Positions 8,949-18,078 of a stretch of DNA of 64,000 nt are shown here, piece after piece. Where the stretch lies: positions 17,373 to 81,372 of the forward strand of contig DXBO01000027.1 of assembly GCA_019116485.1 (NCBI GenBank), given 5' to 3'. Source of the DNA: Candidatus Gemmiger excrementavium. Its GTDB lineage: Bacteria; Bacillota; Clostridia; Oscillospirales; Ruminococcaceae. Within the stretch, counting starts at the first letter, position 1. Every line of letters begins with the position of its first letter. The translations under genes and the position numbers were made by a program. The notes below the pieces were generated by a model, which was not told where the DNA came from, did not search any database, and worked only from the letters and a program-made list of their open reading frames with translations.

Positions 8949-10316
8949 TCAGATGTTGCGGGTATCGCCTTGCAGCGTGCGGGGCAGTACCAGGAAGTAC
9001 AGCAGCGCACCGGCGATGATGATCAGGATCACCGACAGGATGCCGTAGGGTCCCGCCGCCGCGTTGATGGCGTCCACCTGCTCGGCGGTGGCGGTGGCAG
9101 CGGTCAGGCCCTGGTCCGCCAGCATGCGGTCCGCCGCAAAGGCGCTGACCACGCCCACCAGCGTGGGGCCCAGGATAGAGGAAAACTTGCCGAAGATGTC
9201 AAAGAAGCCGAAGAACTCGCCGCTGCGGTCCCGGTCCGGGATCAATTTGCCGAACATGGAACGGGACAGCGCCTGGATTCCCCCCTGGCTGGTGGCACAC
9301 AACACGGCCAACACCCAGAACTGCCACAGGCTGTTCATAAAGAAGCCGAAGATGCAGATGAACATGTACACGCAGATGCCCACCCCCACCATGGTGCGGG
9401 CGCCGAACCGGGCCGCCAGCTTCATGTACAAAAGGCAGAAGGGCAGACCCAGCACCTGCACCAGCAGCAGCGCCAGCAGCATACCGGCGGAGTCCAGCCC
9501 CAGGTTGGTGCCGTAGCTGGTGGCCATGCTGATGATGGTGTGCACGCCGTCGATGTAGAAGAAATAGGAGATGATGTAGACCAGCATGGGTTTGTCGGCA
9601 CCGATCTCCCGGATGGTGGTGAACACCCCCTTGATATTGCGGCCAATGTCCCCTTTTTCATAGGGTTTGCCGGAGGTCTGGCGGCAGTTTTTCAGCAGCG
9701 GCAGACTGAATGCCAACCACCACACGGCGGTGATGGCAAAGATGATGCTCAGGCAGGTGAGCATGGGCACCCCGGCGGCGTTCATCCCCAGGAAGATGAC
9801 CAGCGGGATGGTGGAGCCGCCAATGTACCCCAGGCCGTACCCCATGGTGGAGACGGCATCCATGCGGTCCTCAGTGGTGATATCGGTCAAAAAGGCGTCA
9901 TAGTAGATGCAGGAAGCATCGAACCCGATGGTGCTGAGGATGTACAGCACCAGCACCAGTCCGGCCACCCGGCCCGCCGCGTCGGTGGAGGAGGTGAAGT
10001 CCATGCCCGGCGTGAAGGCCAGGCCCGCCACCGCCAGCACACCCAGCAGTAAAAACGCCGTGAACAGCCGTTTGCGCATGCCGCGGATGTCGCCGAAGAC
10101 GCCCAGGAACGGCGCTGCCAGCGCCACGATGGCCATGGCGATGCTGGTGGCGTAGCCCCAGGTGGACATGCTGGATACACTGTCCGCCGTGCACTCGGCC
10201 ACCGAGTCAAAGAAGATGGGCAGGATGGTGACCACAATGACCGAATGGGCGCTGTTGGCCCAGTCGTACATCATCCAGCTCAGTTCCTGCCGGGTAAATT
10301 TTTTCAGAAAACCCAT
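8949..10316 (-). CDS. MFS transporter, UMF1/Atg22-like
   Basis: The ORF begins at internal MGFLKKFTRQELSWMMYDWANSAHSVIVVT, the characteristic UMF1 N-terminus, with a GGGGGAA RBS before ATG 10316. 12 TM-like segments. Confidence 0.8.
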   Translation of the reverse strand: MGFLKKFTRQELSWMMYDWANSAHSVIVVTILPIFFDSVAECTADSVSSMSTWGYATSIAMAIVALAAPFLGVFGDIRGMRKRLFTAFLLLGVLAVAGLAFTPGMDFTSSTDAAGRVAGLVLVLYILSTIGFDASCIYYDAFLTDITTEDRMDAVSTMGYGLGYIGGSTIPLVIFLGMNAAGVPMLTCLSIIFAITAVWWLAFSLPLLKNCRQTSGKPYEKGDIGRNIKGVFTTIREIGADKPMLVYIISYFFYIDGVHTIISMATSYGTNLGLDSAGMLLALLLVQVLGLPFCLLYMKLAARFGARTMVGVGICVYMFICIFGFFMNSLWQFWVLAVLCATSQGGIQALSRSMFGKLIPDRDRSGEFFGFFDIFGKFSSILGPTLVGVVSAFAADRMLADQGLTAATATAEQVDAINAAAGPYGILSVILIIIAGALLYFLVLPRTLQGDTRNI

Positions 10317-10370
10317 GCACAATTCCCCCTGTTGTGTCAAACATAATTGTATTGTAGCATTTCCGGGGCG

Positions 10371-10412
10371 CAAAAACAACCAAAAACGCCCCGTCTTTCG
10401 TCAACGGGACGT
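10371..10412 (-). terminator. Probable rho-independent terminator after the TrmH-family gene
   Basis: Minus strand: ACGTCCCGT-TGACGAAAG-ACGGGGCGT (9-bp stem, one G.U pair) followed by TTTTTGGTTGTTTTTG. Confidence 0.55.
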
Positions 10413-10444
10413 AAAAAATTCGTCTGTTTTTTGTAGCAGGATGC

Positions 10445-11272
10445 TCACCGGGCCCGCAGCTGCCAGAAAGCCACTGCCGCAGCCGCCGCCACATTGAGGG
10501 AGTCCACCCCATGCTGCATGGGGATCATTACGGTATGGTCGCACCGGGCGATGGTTTCGGCGTTCAGGCCGTCCCCCTCGGTGCCCAGCACCACGGCCAG
10601 CTTTTCCGGCTGCTGCAGGGCAGGGTCGTCCACGGCTTTGGCGCGGTCATCCAGTGCCATAGCCGCCGTGGCAAACCCCAGGGCGTGCAGCCGTGCCAGG
10701 CCCGCCGCGGGCCAGTCTTCTTTCACAGTTCCCAAGCGGGCCCAGGGCACCTGGAACATCGTACCCATACTGACCCGCACGGCCCGGCGGCACAGCGGGT
10801 CGCAGCAGGACGGCGACAGCAGCACGGCATCCATGCCCAGCGCCGCCGCCGAGCGGAAGATGGCGCCGATGTTGGTGGAATCCACAATGTTTTCCAGCAC
10901 GGCCACCCGGCGGGCGTTTTGGCAGATCTCCTCCGCCGTGCGGGGGGCCGGGCGGCCCATGGCGCAAAGCACGCCCCGGGTCAGGGTATAGCCGGTCAGC
11001 CGGGCCAGCACTTCCCGGTCCGCCGTGTACACCGGCACATCCGGGCAGCGGGCCAGTACCCCGGCAGCAGGCCCGTCCACCTGGCGGCGTTCCATCAAAA
11101 AGGACTCCGGCATCAGCCCGGCATCCAGCGCCGTGGCGATGACCTTGGGGCTCTCCACAATGATGCGCGCCTGTTCCGGGTGCAGGCGGCTGCGCAGCTG
11201 GTGGTCGGTCAGGCGGGTGTAGACGTCCAGTTCCGGGGCGGACAGGTCGGTGATCTCGATGACGTTGGGCAT
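10445..11272 (-). CDS. TrmH/SpoU-family RNA 2'-O-methyltransferase
   Basis: LENIVDSTNIGAIFRSAAALG, VVLGTEGDGL and IPMQHGVDSLNVAAAAAV are the SpoU motifs. ATG 11272 is preceded by AGGAGAG. Confidence 0.85.
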   Translation of the reverse strand: MPNVIEITDLSAPELDVYTRLTDHQLRSRLHPEQARIIVESPKVIATALDAGLMPESFLMERRQVDGPAAGVLARCPDVPVYTADREVLARLTGYTLTRGVLCAMGRPAPRTAEEICQNARRVAVLENIVDSTNIGAIFRSAAALGMDAVLLSPSCCDPLCRRAVRVSMGTMFQVPWARLGTVKEDWPAAGLARLHALGFATAAMALDDRAKAVDDPALQQPEKLAVVLGTEGDGLNAETIARCDHTVMIPMQHGVDSLNVAAAAAVAFWQLRAR

Positions 11273-11373
11273 GGGGCGTTTCTCTCCTGTGTTGATGATG
11301 CTTTCAGCATACGCCAAAACGGAACAAAATGCAAACAAAAAGCCGCAGCAGACGCTGCGGCCGGGTCGAAAAA

Positions 11374-12306
11374 TTATTCTGCAAACATAGGGGTGGACAG
11401 GTAGCGGTCACCGGTGTCGGGCAGCAGCACCACGATGGTCTTGCCGGCGTTCTCGGGCCGCTTGGCCAGTTCCAGGGCGGCATGCAGTGCTGCGCCGGAA
11501 GAAATGCCCACCAGCACACCTTCCTTACGGCCCATCATGCGGCCCGCGGCAAAGGCATCTTCGGCGGTAACGGGCATCACCTCGTCATAGACGGTGGTGT
11601 CCAGCACTTCGGGCACAAAGCCCGCGCCGATGCCCTGCAGTTTGTGGGGTCCCGCCTTGCCGCCGCTGAGTACCGCCGAATCCGACGGTTCCACAGCCAC
11701 GACCCGCACAGCGGGATTTTTCTCTTTCAGGTAGCCGCCCACGCCGGTGATGGTACCGCCGGTGCCGGCCCCCGCCACAAAGATATCCACCTGGCCGTCG
11801 GTGTCCTGCCAGATTTCAGGACCGGTGGTGGCCCGGTGGGCTGCCGGGTTGGCAGGGTTGACGAACTGCCCCGCCACAAAGCTGCCGGGAATTTCGGCAG
11901 CCAGCTCGTCAGCTTTGGCAATGGCCCCCGCCATACCCTTGGCGCCTTCGGTCAGCACCAGTTCGGCACCATAGGCTTTCATCAGCAAGCGGCGCTCTAC
12001 GCTCATGGTATCGGGCATGACGATGATGACCCGGTAACCCCGGGCTGCCGCCACCGACGCCAGGCCGATGCCGGTGTTGCCCGAGGTGGGCTCGATGATG
12101 ACCGAACCGGGTTTGAGTTTGCCGGTGGCCTCGGCGTCGTCGATCATGGCCTTGGCCACCCGGTCTTTTACCGAACCGGCGGGGTTGAAATATTCCAGTT
12201 TGGCCAGTACCCGGGCCTGGAGGCCTTCGGCAGCTTCGATGTGGGTGAGTTCCAGCAGTGGGGTGCGCCCGATCAGCTGGTCGGCAGATGTATAAATTTT
12301 GCTCAT
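11374..12306 (-). CDS. cysK: Cysteine synthase A (O-acetylserine sulfhydrylase)
   Basis: From [23 protein letters not shown]-lysine context [30 protein letters not shown] 12306 is preceded by AGGAGACGAAAAGCC. The upstream extension in the ORF track was rejected. Confidence 0.93.
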   Translation of the reverse strand: MSKIYTSADQLIGRTPLLELTHIEAAEGLQARVLAKLEYFNPAGSVKDRVAKAMIDDAEATGKLKPGSVIIEPTSGNTGIGLASVAAARGYRVIIVMPDTMSVERRLLMKAYGAELVLTEGAKGMAGAIAKADELAAEIPGSFVAGQFVNPANPAAHRATTGPEIWQDTDGQVDIFVAGAGTGGTITGVGGYLKEKNPAVRVVAVEPSDSAVLSGGKAGPHKLQGIGAGFVPEVLDTTVYDEVMPVTAEDAFAAGRMMGRKEGVLVGISSGAALHAALELAKRPENAGKTIVVLLPDTGDRYLSTPMFAE

Positions 12307-12433
12307 GGCTTTTCGTCTCCTGTCTCTGATTACAAATGTGCGGAATTTTACAAACAGTGCCCCGGACGACATCGCCGGTGCAGCAGAAACCGGTGACCCA
12401 TGGATATTCATACCTTTCTTGTAGGATAGGGAA

Positions 12434-12462
12434 ATTGTACACCAGACCGGCTGATTTGTCAA
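12434..12462 (-). promoter_or_regulatory. SigA-type promoter of cysK
   Basis: Minus strand: TTGACA(12462-12457)-17 nt-TACAAT(12439-12434), with a TG dinucleotide immediately upstream of the -10 hexamer. About 125-nt leader. Confidence 0.7.
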
Positions 12463-12529
12463 TACATCCCTCTCCCAAAGGTTTATGTAAATTTTTACTG
12501 TCCGGCCGGTGCAAAGCCTCCTTTGTACC

Positions 12530-12557
12530 TTGAAATTTGCCGGTCCGCGTGTATAAT
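12530..12557 (+). promoter_or_regulatory. SigA-type promoter of pyrG
   Basis: TTGAAA(12530-12535)-16 nt-TATAAT(12552-12557). AAGGAGGG RBS at about 12588. Confidence 0.65.
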
Positions 12558-12602
12558 ATTAGAGTTATTGTTTTTTTCTTTAGCAATAAGGAGGGTAAAG
12601 TT

Positions 12603-14249
12603 ATGGGAACGAAGTATATCTTTGTGACCGGGGGCGTGGTCTCCGGTCTGGGAAAAGGCATCACGGCAGCCAGCCTGGGGCGGCTGCTCAAGACCCGGGG
12701 ATTGAAAGTGGCCAGCCAGAAGCTGGACCCCTACATCAATGTAGACCCCGGCACCATGAGTCCCTTGCAGCACGGCGAGGTCTTCGTGACCGATGACGGC
12801 ACCGAGACCGACCTGGACCTGGGGCACTATGAACGGTTCACCGATGAAAACCTGAACCGGTATTCCAACCTGACTACCGGCAAGGTGTACTGGAACGTGC
12901 TGAACAAGGAACGCCAGGGCGCCTACCTGGGCCAGACCGTGCAGATCATCCCCCACATCACCAACGAGATCAAGAGCTATATTTATAACCTGGCCAAGAG
13001 TACCGAGGCCGACGTGGTTATCACCGAGATCGGCGGCACCACCGGCGACATTGAGAGCCAGCCTTTCCTGGAGGCCATCCGCCAGGTGGGCATTGAGCAG
13101 GGGCCGGAAAACTGCTGCTATATCCATGTGGTACTGGTGCCCTACATCTCGGGCTCCGACGAATACAAGTCCAAACCGGCCCAGCACTCCTGCAAGGAGC
13201 TGCAGGGCATGGGCATCGCTCCCAATGTCATTGTGCTGCGGGCTGACGGCCCGGTGGGCAGCGATATCAAGCGCAAGATCAGCATGTTTTGCAACGTGCG
13301 GCCCGACTGCGTGATCGAAAATCTGACCATGCCCAGCCTGTACGAGTGCCCGCTGATGCTGGAAGCCGCCGGGCTGACCAACGTAGTGACACGCCAGCTG
13401 CACCTGGACACACCCCGCAGCGACCTGACCGAGTGGAAAGAGCTTATCAGCCGCATTGCCACCCGCAGCCGCACCTGCACCATCGCCCTGGTGGGCAAGT
13501 ATGTCAAGCTGCACGATGCCTACCTGAGCGTGATGGAAAGCCTCTACCACGCCGGGTTTGAGACCGAGAGCAAGATCGACATCAAATGGGTGGACTGCGA
13601 GACACTGGTGGACCAGAACCGCTGCGCCGAAGAACTGGCCGAGGTGGACGGCATTATCCTGCCCGGCGGCTTTGGCAACCGGGGCATCGAGGGCATGATC
13701 CAGGCTGCCCGCTACGCCCGGGAACAGAACATCCCCTATTTCGGCATCTGCCTGGGCATGCAGATTCTGGTCATGGAATACGCCCGCGACGTGCTGGGTT
13801 ACGCTGACGCCAATTCCAGCGAATTCACGCCGGAAGGCGCCCACAATGTCATCGACCTGATGCCGGACCAGCAGGGCAACATTCCCAAGGGCGGCACCAT
13901 GCGCCTGGGCGCTTACCCCTGCTCCATCAAGCCAGACACCACCATGGCCCGCTGCTATGGCAAACTGGAGATTGACGAGCGGCACCGCCACCGCTATGAA
14001 TTCAACAACGATTACCGCGCCGAGTTTGAAGAGAAGGGCCTGACCATTGCCGGCACCAGCCCCGACGGCCGTCTGGTGGAAGCCGTGGAACTGACTGAGC
14101 GCCCCTTCTATGTGGGCGTGCAGTTCCACCCCGAGTTCAAGAGCCGCCCCAACCGGGCCCATCCCCTGTTCAAGGGCTTTATCACGGCAGCGCTGGCCTA
14201 CCAGGACGAACACGCCCCCACCAGCCACCACGCCCTGATGAGCGAATAA
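12603..14249 (+). CDS. pyrG: CTP synthase
   Basis: [21 protein letters not shown]-terminus. GATase region GICLGMQ with HRHRYEFN. 548 aa. Confidence 0.95.
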   Translation: MGTKYIFVTGGVVSGLGKGITAASLGRLLKTRGLKVASQKLDPYINVDPGTMSPLQHGEVFVTDDGTETDLDLGHYERFTDENLNRYSNLTTGKVYWNVLNKERQGAYLGQTVQIIPHITNEIKSYIYNLAKSTEADVVITEIGGTTGDIESQPFLEAIRQVGIEQGPENCCYIHVVLVPYISGSDEYKSKPAQHSCKELQGMGIAPNVIVLRADGPVGSDIKRKISMFCNVRPDCVIENLTMPSLYECPLMLEAAGLTNVVTRQLHLDTPRSDLTEWKELISRIATRSRTCTIALVGKYVKLHDAYLSVMESLYHAGFETESKIDIKWVDCETLVDQNRCAEELAEVDGIILPGGFGNRGIEGMIQAARYAREQNIPYFGICLGMQILVMEYARDVLGYADANSSEFTPEGAHNVIDLMPDQQGNIPKGGTMRLGAYPCSIKPDTTMARCYGKLEIDERHRHRYEFNNDYRAEFEEKGLTIAGTSPDGRLVEAVELTERPFYVGVQFHPEFKSRPNRAHPLFKGFITAALAYQDEHAPTSHHALMSE

Positions 14250-14261
14250 CCCCCTCATAAC

Positions 14262-14550
14262 AAAAAGCACACCGCCGCCGCGGTGTGTTCAGCGTGTCGA
14301 GAAACTCGACACGCTGCAAAAGGGGGAACAGTCCCGCACGGCAATTGCCTGACGGGCCTATTCCCCCTCTTGGACACCCCCTCGACAAAATTTGACGGCA
14401 AATCGCGCACTCGACGCTATGCGTCTCGCACACAATTTGCCGCCAAATTTCCCTGGTTGTGTCTGCGGCGGTCGGCGCATGTCCGCCGCCGCAGACGGTT
14501 TTATACTTTTTCGATAGTCTGAGCACACCGCGGCGGCGGTGTGCTTTTTT
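14262..14550 (+). other. About 290-bp hairpin-dense intergenic element bounded by a perfect 26-bp inverted repeat. Candidate structured ncRNA, 3'UTR or MITE-like element.
   Basis: AAAAAGCACACCGCCGCCGCGGTGTG (14262-14287) is the exact reverse complement of 14524-14549. Inside are a 12-bp perfect hairpin (14290-14316), a stem at 14321-14368 enclosing GGCAATTGCC, a long-range stem at 14388-14450 and a terminator hairpin at 14461-14496. Confidence 0.5.
14461..14512 (+). terminator. Rho-independent terminator (plus strand)
   Basis: GTCTGCGGCGG...CCGCCGCAGAC (11-bp stem) followed by GGTTTTATACTTTTTCG. A second hairpin with T6 lies at 14524-14550. Confidence 0.7.
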
Positions 14551-14653
14551 GTTGCGTTTTGTTCGGAATTTTACCGGGGCAGACAGTCTTCGCTCCCCTT
14601 TCCCGGCTTGGTCGAATAAAAGTTCTTTGCCTACTTTCTTTCAAGAAAGTAGG

Positions 14654-16009
14654 TCAGCGGTCCTGCAGGGGCACATACTCCCGCGGGACCATGATGCTCT
14701 GGTAAGCAGGGCGGATGATCTTGTCCACGTTGACCAGCTCCTCCATGCGGTGGGCGGCCCAGCCCACGATACGGGCGATGGCAAAGATGGGGGTATACAG
14801 CTCCACCGGGATGCCCAGCATATCGTAGACAAAGCCGGAGTAGAAGTCCACGTTGGTGGAAACGCCCTTGTAGATGTGGCGTTTTTCGGCAATGACCTGG
14901 GGGGCCAGCCGCTCGATGGTGTTGTAGTATTCGAAATCCCGGTCCCGGCCCTTGGCGTCGGCCAGCTGATGCACAAAGTTCTTGAACACCACGGCGCGGG
15001 GATCACTGAGGGAGTAGACCGCGTGGCCCATGCCGTAGATCAGGCCCTTCTGGTCGAAGGCCTGCCGGTCCACGATCTTGCCCAGGTAATCCCGCATGGC
15101 GTCCTCGTCGGTGGGATCGGCCACATGGGCGCGCACATCGTCCATCATGTGCATGACCTTGATGTTGGCGCCGCCGTGCTTGGGGCCCTTGAGGCTGGAG
15201 AGCGCCGCCGCAATGACTGAATAGGTATCCGACCCGGAGGAGGTGACCACACGGGTGGTGAAGGTGGAGTTGTTGCCGCCGCCATGCTCCATATGCAGCA
15301 GCAGGGCGATGTCCAGCACGTGGGCTTCCAGGTCGGTGTACTGGCGGTCAGGGCGCAGCATCTGCAGCAGATTTTCCGCCGTGGACAGTTCCGGCTTGGG
15401 CCGGTGGATGTACATGCTGCCGTCGCACTCATAATAATGATAGGCATGGTAGCCGTAGACGGCCAGCATGGGGAACACGCTGATAAGCTTGATGCACTGC
15501 TCCAGCTGGGTCTGCAGGTCGCTCTTGCCGATGTCGTCGTCGTAGCTGGCCAGGGTCAGCACACTGCGGGTCAGGGAGTTCATCAGGTCTTTGCTGGGCG
15601 CTTTCATGATAACGTCCCGCACAAAGTTGGTGGGCAGGTCCCGGCATTTGACCAGGCAATCCTTGAAAGTCTCCAGCTGCTGCTCGTTGGGCAGGTCCCC
15701 CAGCAGCAGCAGGTAGGCGGCTTCCTCAAAAGCATAGCGTTTGCCCCGCAGGCCGCGGATCAGGTCATAGACATTGTACCCGCGATACCACAGCTTGCCG
15801 TCGCAGGGGACCTTTTTGCCGTCCCGTTCCTCGAAAGCGTCGATGCGGGAAATGTTGGTGATGCCTGCCAGCACACCTTTGCCATCCTGGTCACGCAGAC
15901 CGCGCTTGATGTTGTACTGGGCAAACAGCGCCGGGTCCACCCGGTTGTTGGTGACGCATTCCTCGGTAAAAATGCGGGCTTCCTTTTCGATGGCTGCATA
16001 ATCGCTCAT
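14654..16009 (-). CDS. Citrate synthase
   Basis: Citrate synthase hallmarks LLLHMEHGGGNNSTF and GLIYGMGHAVY. ATG 16009 (MSDYAAIEKE) is preceded by AAAGGGAGGG. A hairpin at 14630-14653 directly follows the stop. Confidence 0.9.
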   Translation of the reverse strand: MSDYAAIEKEARIFTEECVTNNRVDPALFAQYNIKRGLRDQDGKGVLAGITNISRIDAFEERDGKKVPCDGKLWYRGYNVYDLIRGLRGKRYAFEEAAYLLLLGDLPNEQQLETFKDCLVKCRDLPTNFVRDVIMKAPSKDLMNSLTRSVLTLASYDDDIGKSDLQTQLEQCIKLISVFPMLAVYGYHAYHYYECDGSMYIHRPKPELSTAENLLQMLRPDRQYTDLEAHVLDIALLLHMEHGGGNNSTFTTRVVTSSGSDTYSVIAAALSSLKGPKHGGANIKVMHMMDDVRAHVADPTDEDAMRDYLGKIVDRQAFDQKGLIYGMGHAVYSLSDPRAVVFKNFVHQLADAKGRDRDFEYYNTIERLAPQVIAEKRHIYKGVSTNVDFYSGFVYDMLGIPVELYTPIFAIARIVGWAAHRMEELVNVDKIIRPAYQSIMVPREYVPLQDR

Positions 16010-16098
16010 AGCAGAACCCTCCCTTTCCATCTCACGATTGACCCTTTGCTCGGTCCCTTTTCATCGCATTGTTTTTTTGTACGAAATGTATACTACCT

Positions 16099-16127
16099 AT
16101 TATAGTAGAAACTGTACACAGTGTCAA
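16099..16127 (-). promoter_or_regulatory. Consensus SigA promoter of citrate synthase
   Basis: Minus strand: TTGACA(16127-16122)-17 nt-TATAAT(16104-16099), a perfect consensus. Confidence 0.75.
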
Positions 16128-16140
16128 ACAAACTTTTCAT

Positions 16141-16181
16141 GAACAAAACCGCGGAACGGGCAGTTCCCCTGCCCGCTCCGC
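16141..16181 (-). terminator. Rho-independent terminator of the pyrophosphatase gene
   Basis: Minus strand: GCGGAGCGGGCAG-GGGAA-CTGCCCGTTCCGC followed by GGTTTTGTTC. Confidence 0.75.
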
Positions 16182-16200
16182 ATAAATATGCATTGCCTTG

Positions 16201-17862
16201 TCAGTCCTGCCGGGCCTGCAGCGCGGCCAGCAGCGGGGGCAGCAGCTGCTTTTTGCGGCTGACCACCCCGGGCAGCACGGCCATGCCGTCCTTGGGTTCC
16301 ACGCCGAAAGCATCCCGCACGATCTCATCGGTATGGCGACCACAGAACATCAGGTCGGTACTTTGGGTCTTCATGTCGGTGAACATATAGAAAATCATGG
16401 GCAGACTTTCCCGGCGGGCAGCTTCCGGCAGGAAAGGCCCTACCAACGCCTCGGCAGCGGCCCGGGATTTGTCGGTCATATAGATGGACTGGCCCACGCC
16501 GAACTTGGCGTCGCCCCGGCTGAACGCCTTGAAGTCGGAGCGGAAGACATCTTCGGCGTCCCGCCCGGTCAGGTCAGCCCCTGCCTCAAACATCTGCTCG
16601 GCATAGGCAGGGATATCCTCCCCCGCCAGTTCCGCCAGGGCATGGGCGGTCTGCTCATCCTGCGGGGTGGAAGTGGGGGAACGGAACATCAGCGTGTCGG
16701 ACAAAATGGCCGACAGCAGCAGCCCGGCAATCGGTTTGCTGGGGGTGACCCCCTGTTCCTGGAAAATCTGGTACAGGATGGTGGCCGTACAGCCCACCGG
16801 TACGTTGCGGAAATAGACGGGCCCGCTGGTCTCCAGGTTGCCGATGCGGTGATGGTCGATGATTTCCAGGATGTCGGCCTGCTCCAGGCCGTCCACCGCC
16901 TGGGTACGCTCGTTGTGGTCCACCAGGATCAGCTTTTTGCGGTGCAGGTTGAGCAGGTTGCGGCGGCTGACCACACCGCAGTATTTGCCGTTTTCGTCCA
17001 GAATGGGGAAATAGCGGTGGCGCACGCTGGCCATGATCTTGCGGGCATCCTCGATAGGGGTGTTGACGCTGAACTTTATCAGGTCATGGGTACGCATGAA
17101 ATGGCGCACCGGCACGGCGGTGGTGACCAGCCGCCCCGAAGCATAGGTATCGTAGGGGGTGGCCAGCACGGCGCAGCCTTTCTCCTGGGCGCGGGCCACG
17201 ATGGTGCGGGGCACGGCGGAACCGCAGCAGACCACAATAGCGGACGCACCGCAGTCAATGGCACACATCTGGGTTTCGTACCGGTTGGACACCAGCACGA
17301 TATCCCCCGGCTTGACCAGTTCTTCCATGATTTCGGGGCTGGTGCCGATGCAGATATCGCCCCGGGTGATGCGGGCGTCGGCGTCGCCTACGATCATCTC
17401 GGCTTCCAGGGTCTCCAACAGATTGCGGTAGCTGGTGTTGGCGGCAGCCAGCACGCCGGTGTCAAACAAATCCATGTTGGCATCGGCAATATCTTTAATT
17501 GTGATCAGGCCCTGCAGCTCGTTGTCGGCGTCGGTGATGCACAGGGTGTCGATCTCCACATCGCGCATCAGGTTCCAGGCGGCGCGTACGCTCATCTCGG
17601 CGTCGATGCCGGGCTGTTTGCGGATGTCGATATCCTTGATCTGGGGGCTCACGTCGGTACACAGCCGGGGCGGTTCCAGCCCGAAATGCTTGAGTACAAA
17701 GGCGGTTTCCCGGTTCACATGTCCGGCGCGGCGGGCCTCATACAAGCCGGTATGGCTGCCGCCGTTTTTAAGCCAGGCATAGGCAATGGCTGAACAGATG
17801 GAATCGGTATCCGGGTTCTGGTGACCGATGATGTTGATATGGCGCACGTGTTCCCTAGGCAT
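16201..17862 (-). CDS. ppaC: Family II (DHH) inorganic pyrophosphatase with a CBS/DRTGG insert
   Basis: 553 aa. IIGHQNPDTDS, IIDHHRIG (DHH motif) and a DHHA2-like C-terminus, with an inserted about 250-aa regulatory region as in clostridial CBS-PPases. Confidence 0.85.
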   Translation of the reverse strand: MPREHVRHINIIGHQNPDTDSICSAIAYAWLKNGGSHTGLYEARRAGHVNRETAFVLKHFGLEPPRLCTDVSPQIKDIDIRKQPGIDAEMSVRAAWNLMRDVEIDTLCITDADNELQGLITIKDIADANMDLFDTGVLAAANTSYRNLLETLEAEMIVGDADARITRGDICIGTSPEIMEELVKPGDIVLVSNRYETQMCAIDCGASAIVVCCGSAVPRTIVARAQEKGCAVLATPYDTYASGRLVTTAVPVRHFMRTHDLIKFSVNTPIEDARKIMASVRHRYFPILDENGKYCGVVSRRNLLNLHRKKLILVDHNERTQAVDGLEQADILEIIDHHRIGNLETSGPVYFRNVPVGCTATILYQIFQEQGVTPSKPIAGLLLSAILSDTLMFRSPTSTPQDEQTAHALAELAGEDIPAYAEQMFEAGADLTGRDAEDVFRSDFKAFSRGDAKFGVGQSIYMTDKSRAAAEALVGPFLPEAARRESLPMIFYMFTDMKTQSTDLMFCGRHTDEIVRDAFGVEPKDGMAVLPGVVSRKKQLLPPLLAALQARQD

Positions 17863-17981
17863 AGGTCCTAACCTCTCTTTGGGCGAAACGCGGCACGGCG
17901 GGCCGCAAAATCACCAAAATACTTTATTACTCTCCCCTTTGGTTTTTCTATTATACCACACTTTTTCCCCCTTTGCGATTC

Positions 17982-18010
17982 TTGACAATATCTTCATAAC
18001 AGCGTAAAAT
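17982..18010 (+). promoter_or_regulatory. SigA-type promoter of typA
   Basis: TTGACA(17982-17987)-17 nt-TAAAAT(18005-18010). Confidence 0.7.
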
Positions 18011-18078
18011 AGGTGCTGTATGTGGATATTGGGGGTCTGCCCCTGTTACGCAAGTTGAATAGAGAGGGAACGGATAGT

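Noticed and set aside
12307-12433. T-box or other riboswitch in the ~125-nt cysK leader
   Set aside because: Too short for a T-box and no T-box sequence or specifier-loop architecture. Only weak 5-bp stems are visible. No S-box-like conserved boxes recognised.
14283-14522. 79-aa ORF (+) and 114-aa ORF (14182-14526, -) inside the hairpin-dense element after pyrG
   Set aside because: No RBS, Arg/Cys-rich composition, and the sequence is better explained by nested stem-loops. The minus-strand ORF also overlaps the pyrG 3' end.
14262-14550. Identity of the structured element as 6S RNA, tmRNA, RNase P or SRP RNA
   Set aside because: None of the conserved signature sequences I know for these RNAs is present (for example the RNase P GAGGAAAGUCC box, the tmRNA tRNA-like end and tag ORF, or the SRP GGAA tetraloop helix). 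The closing inverted repeat is also self-complementary, so a 6S-like rod is not uniquely supported.
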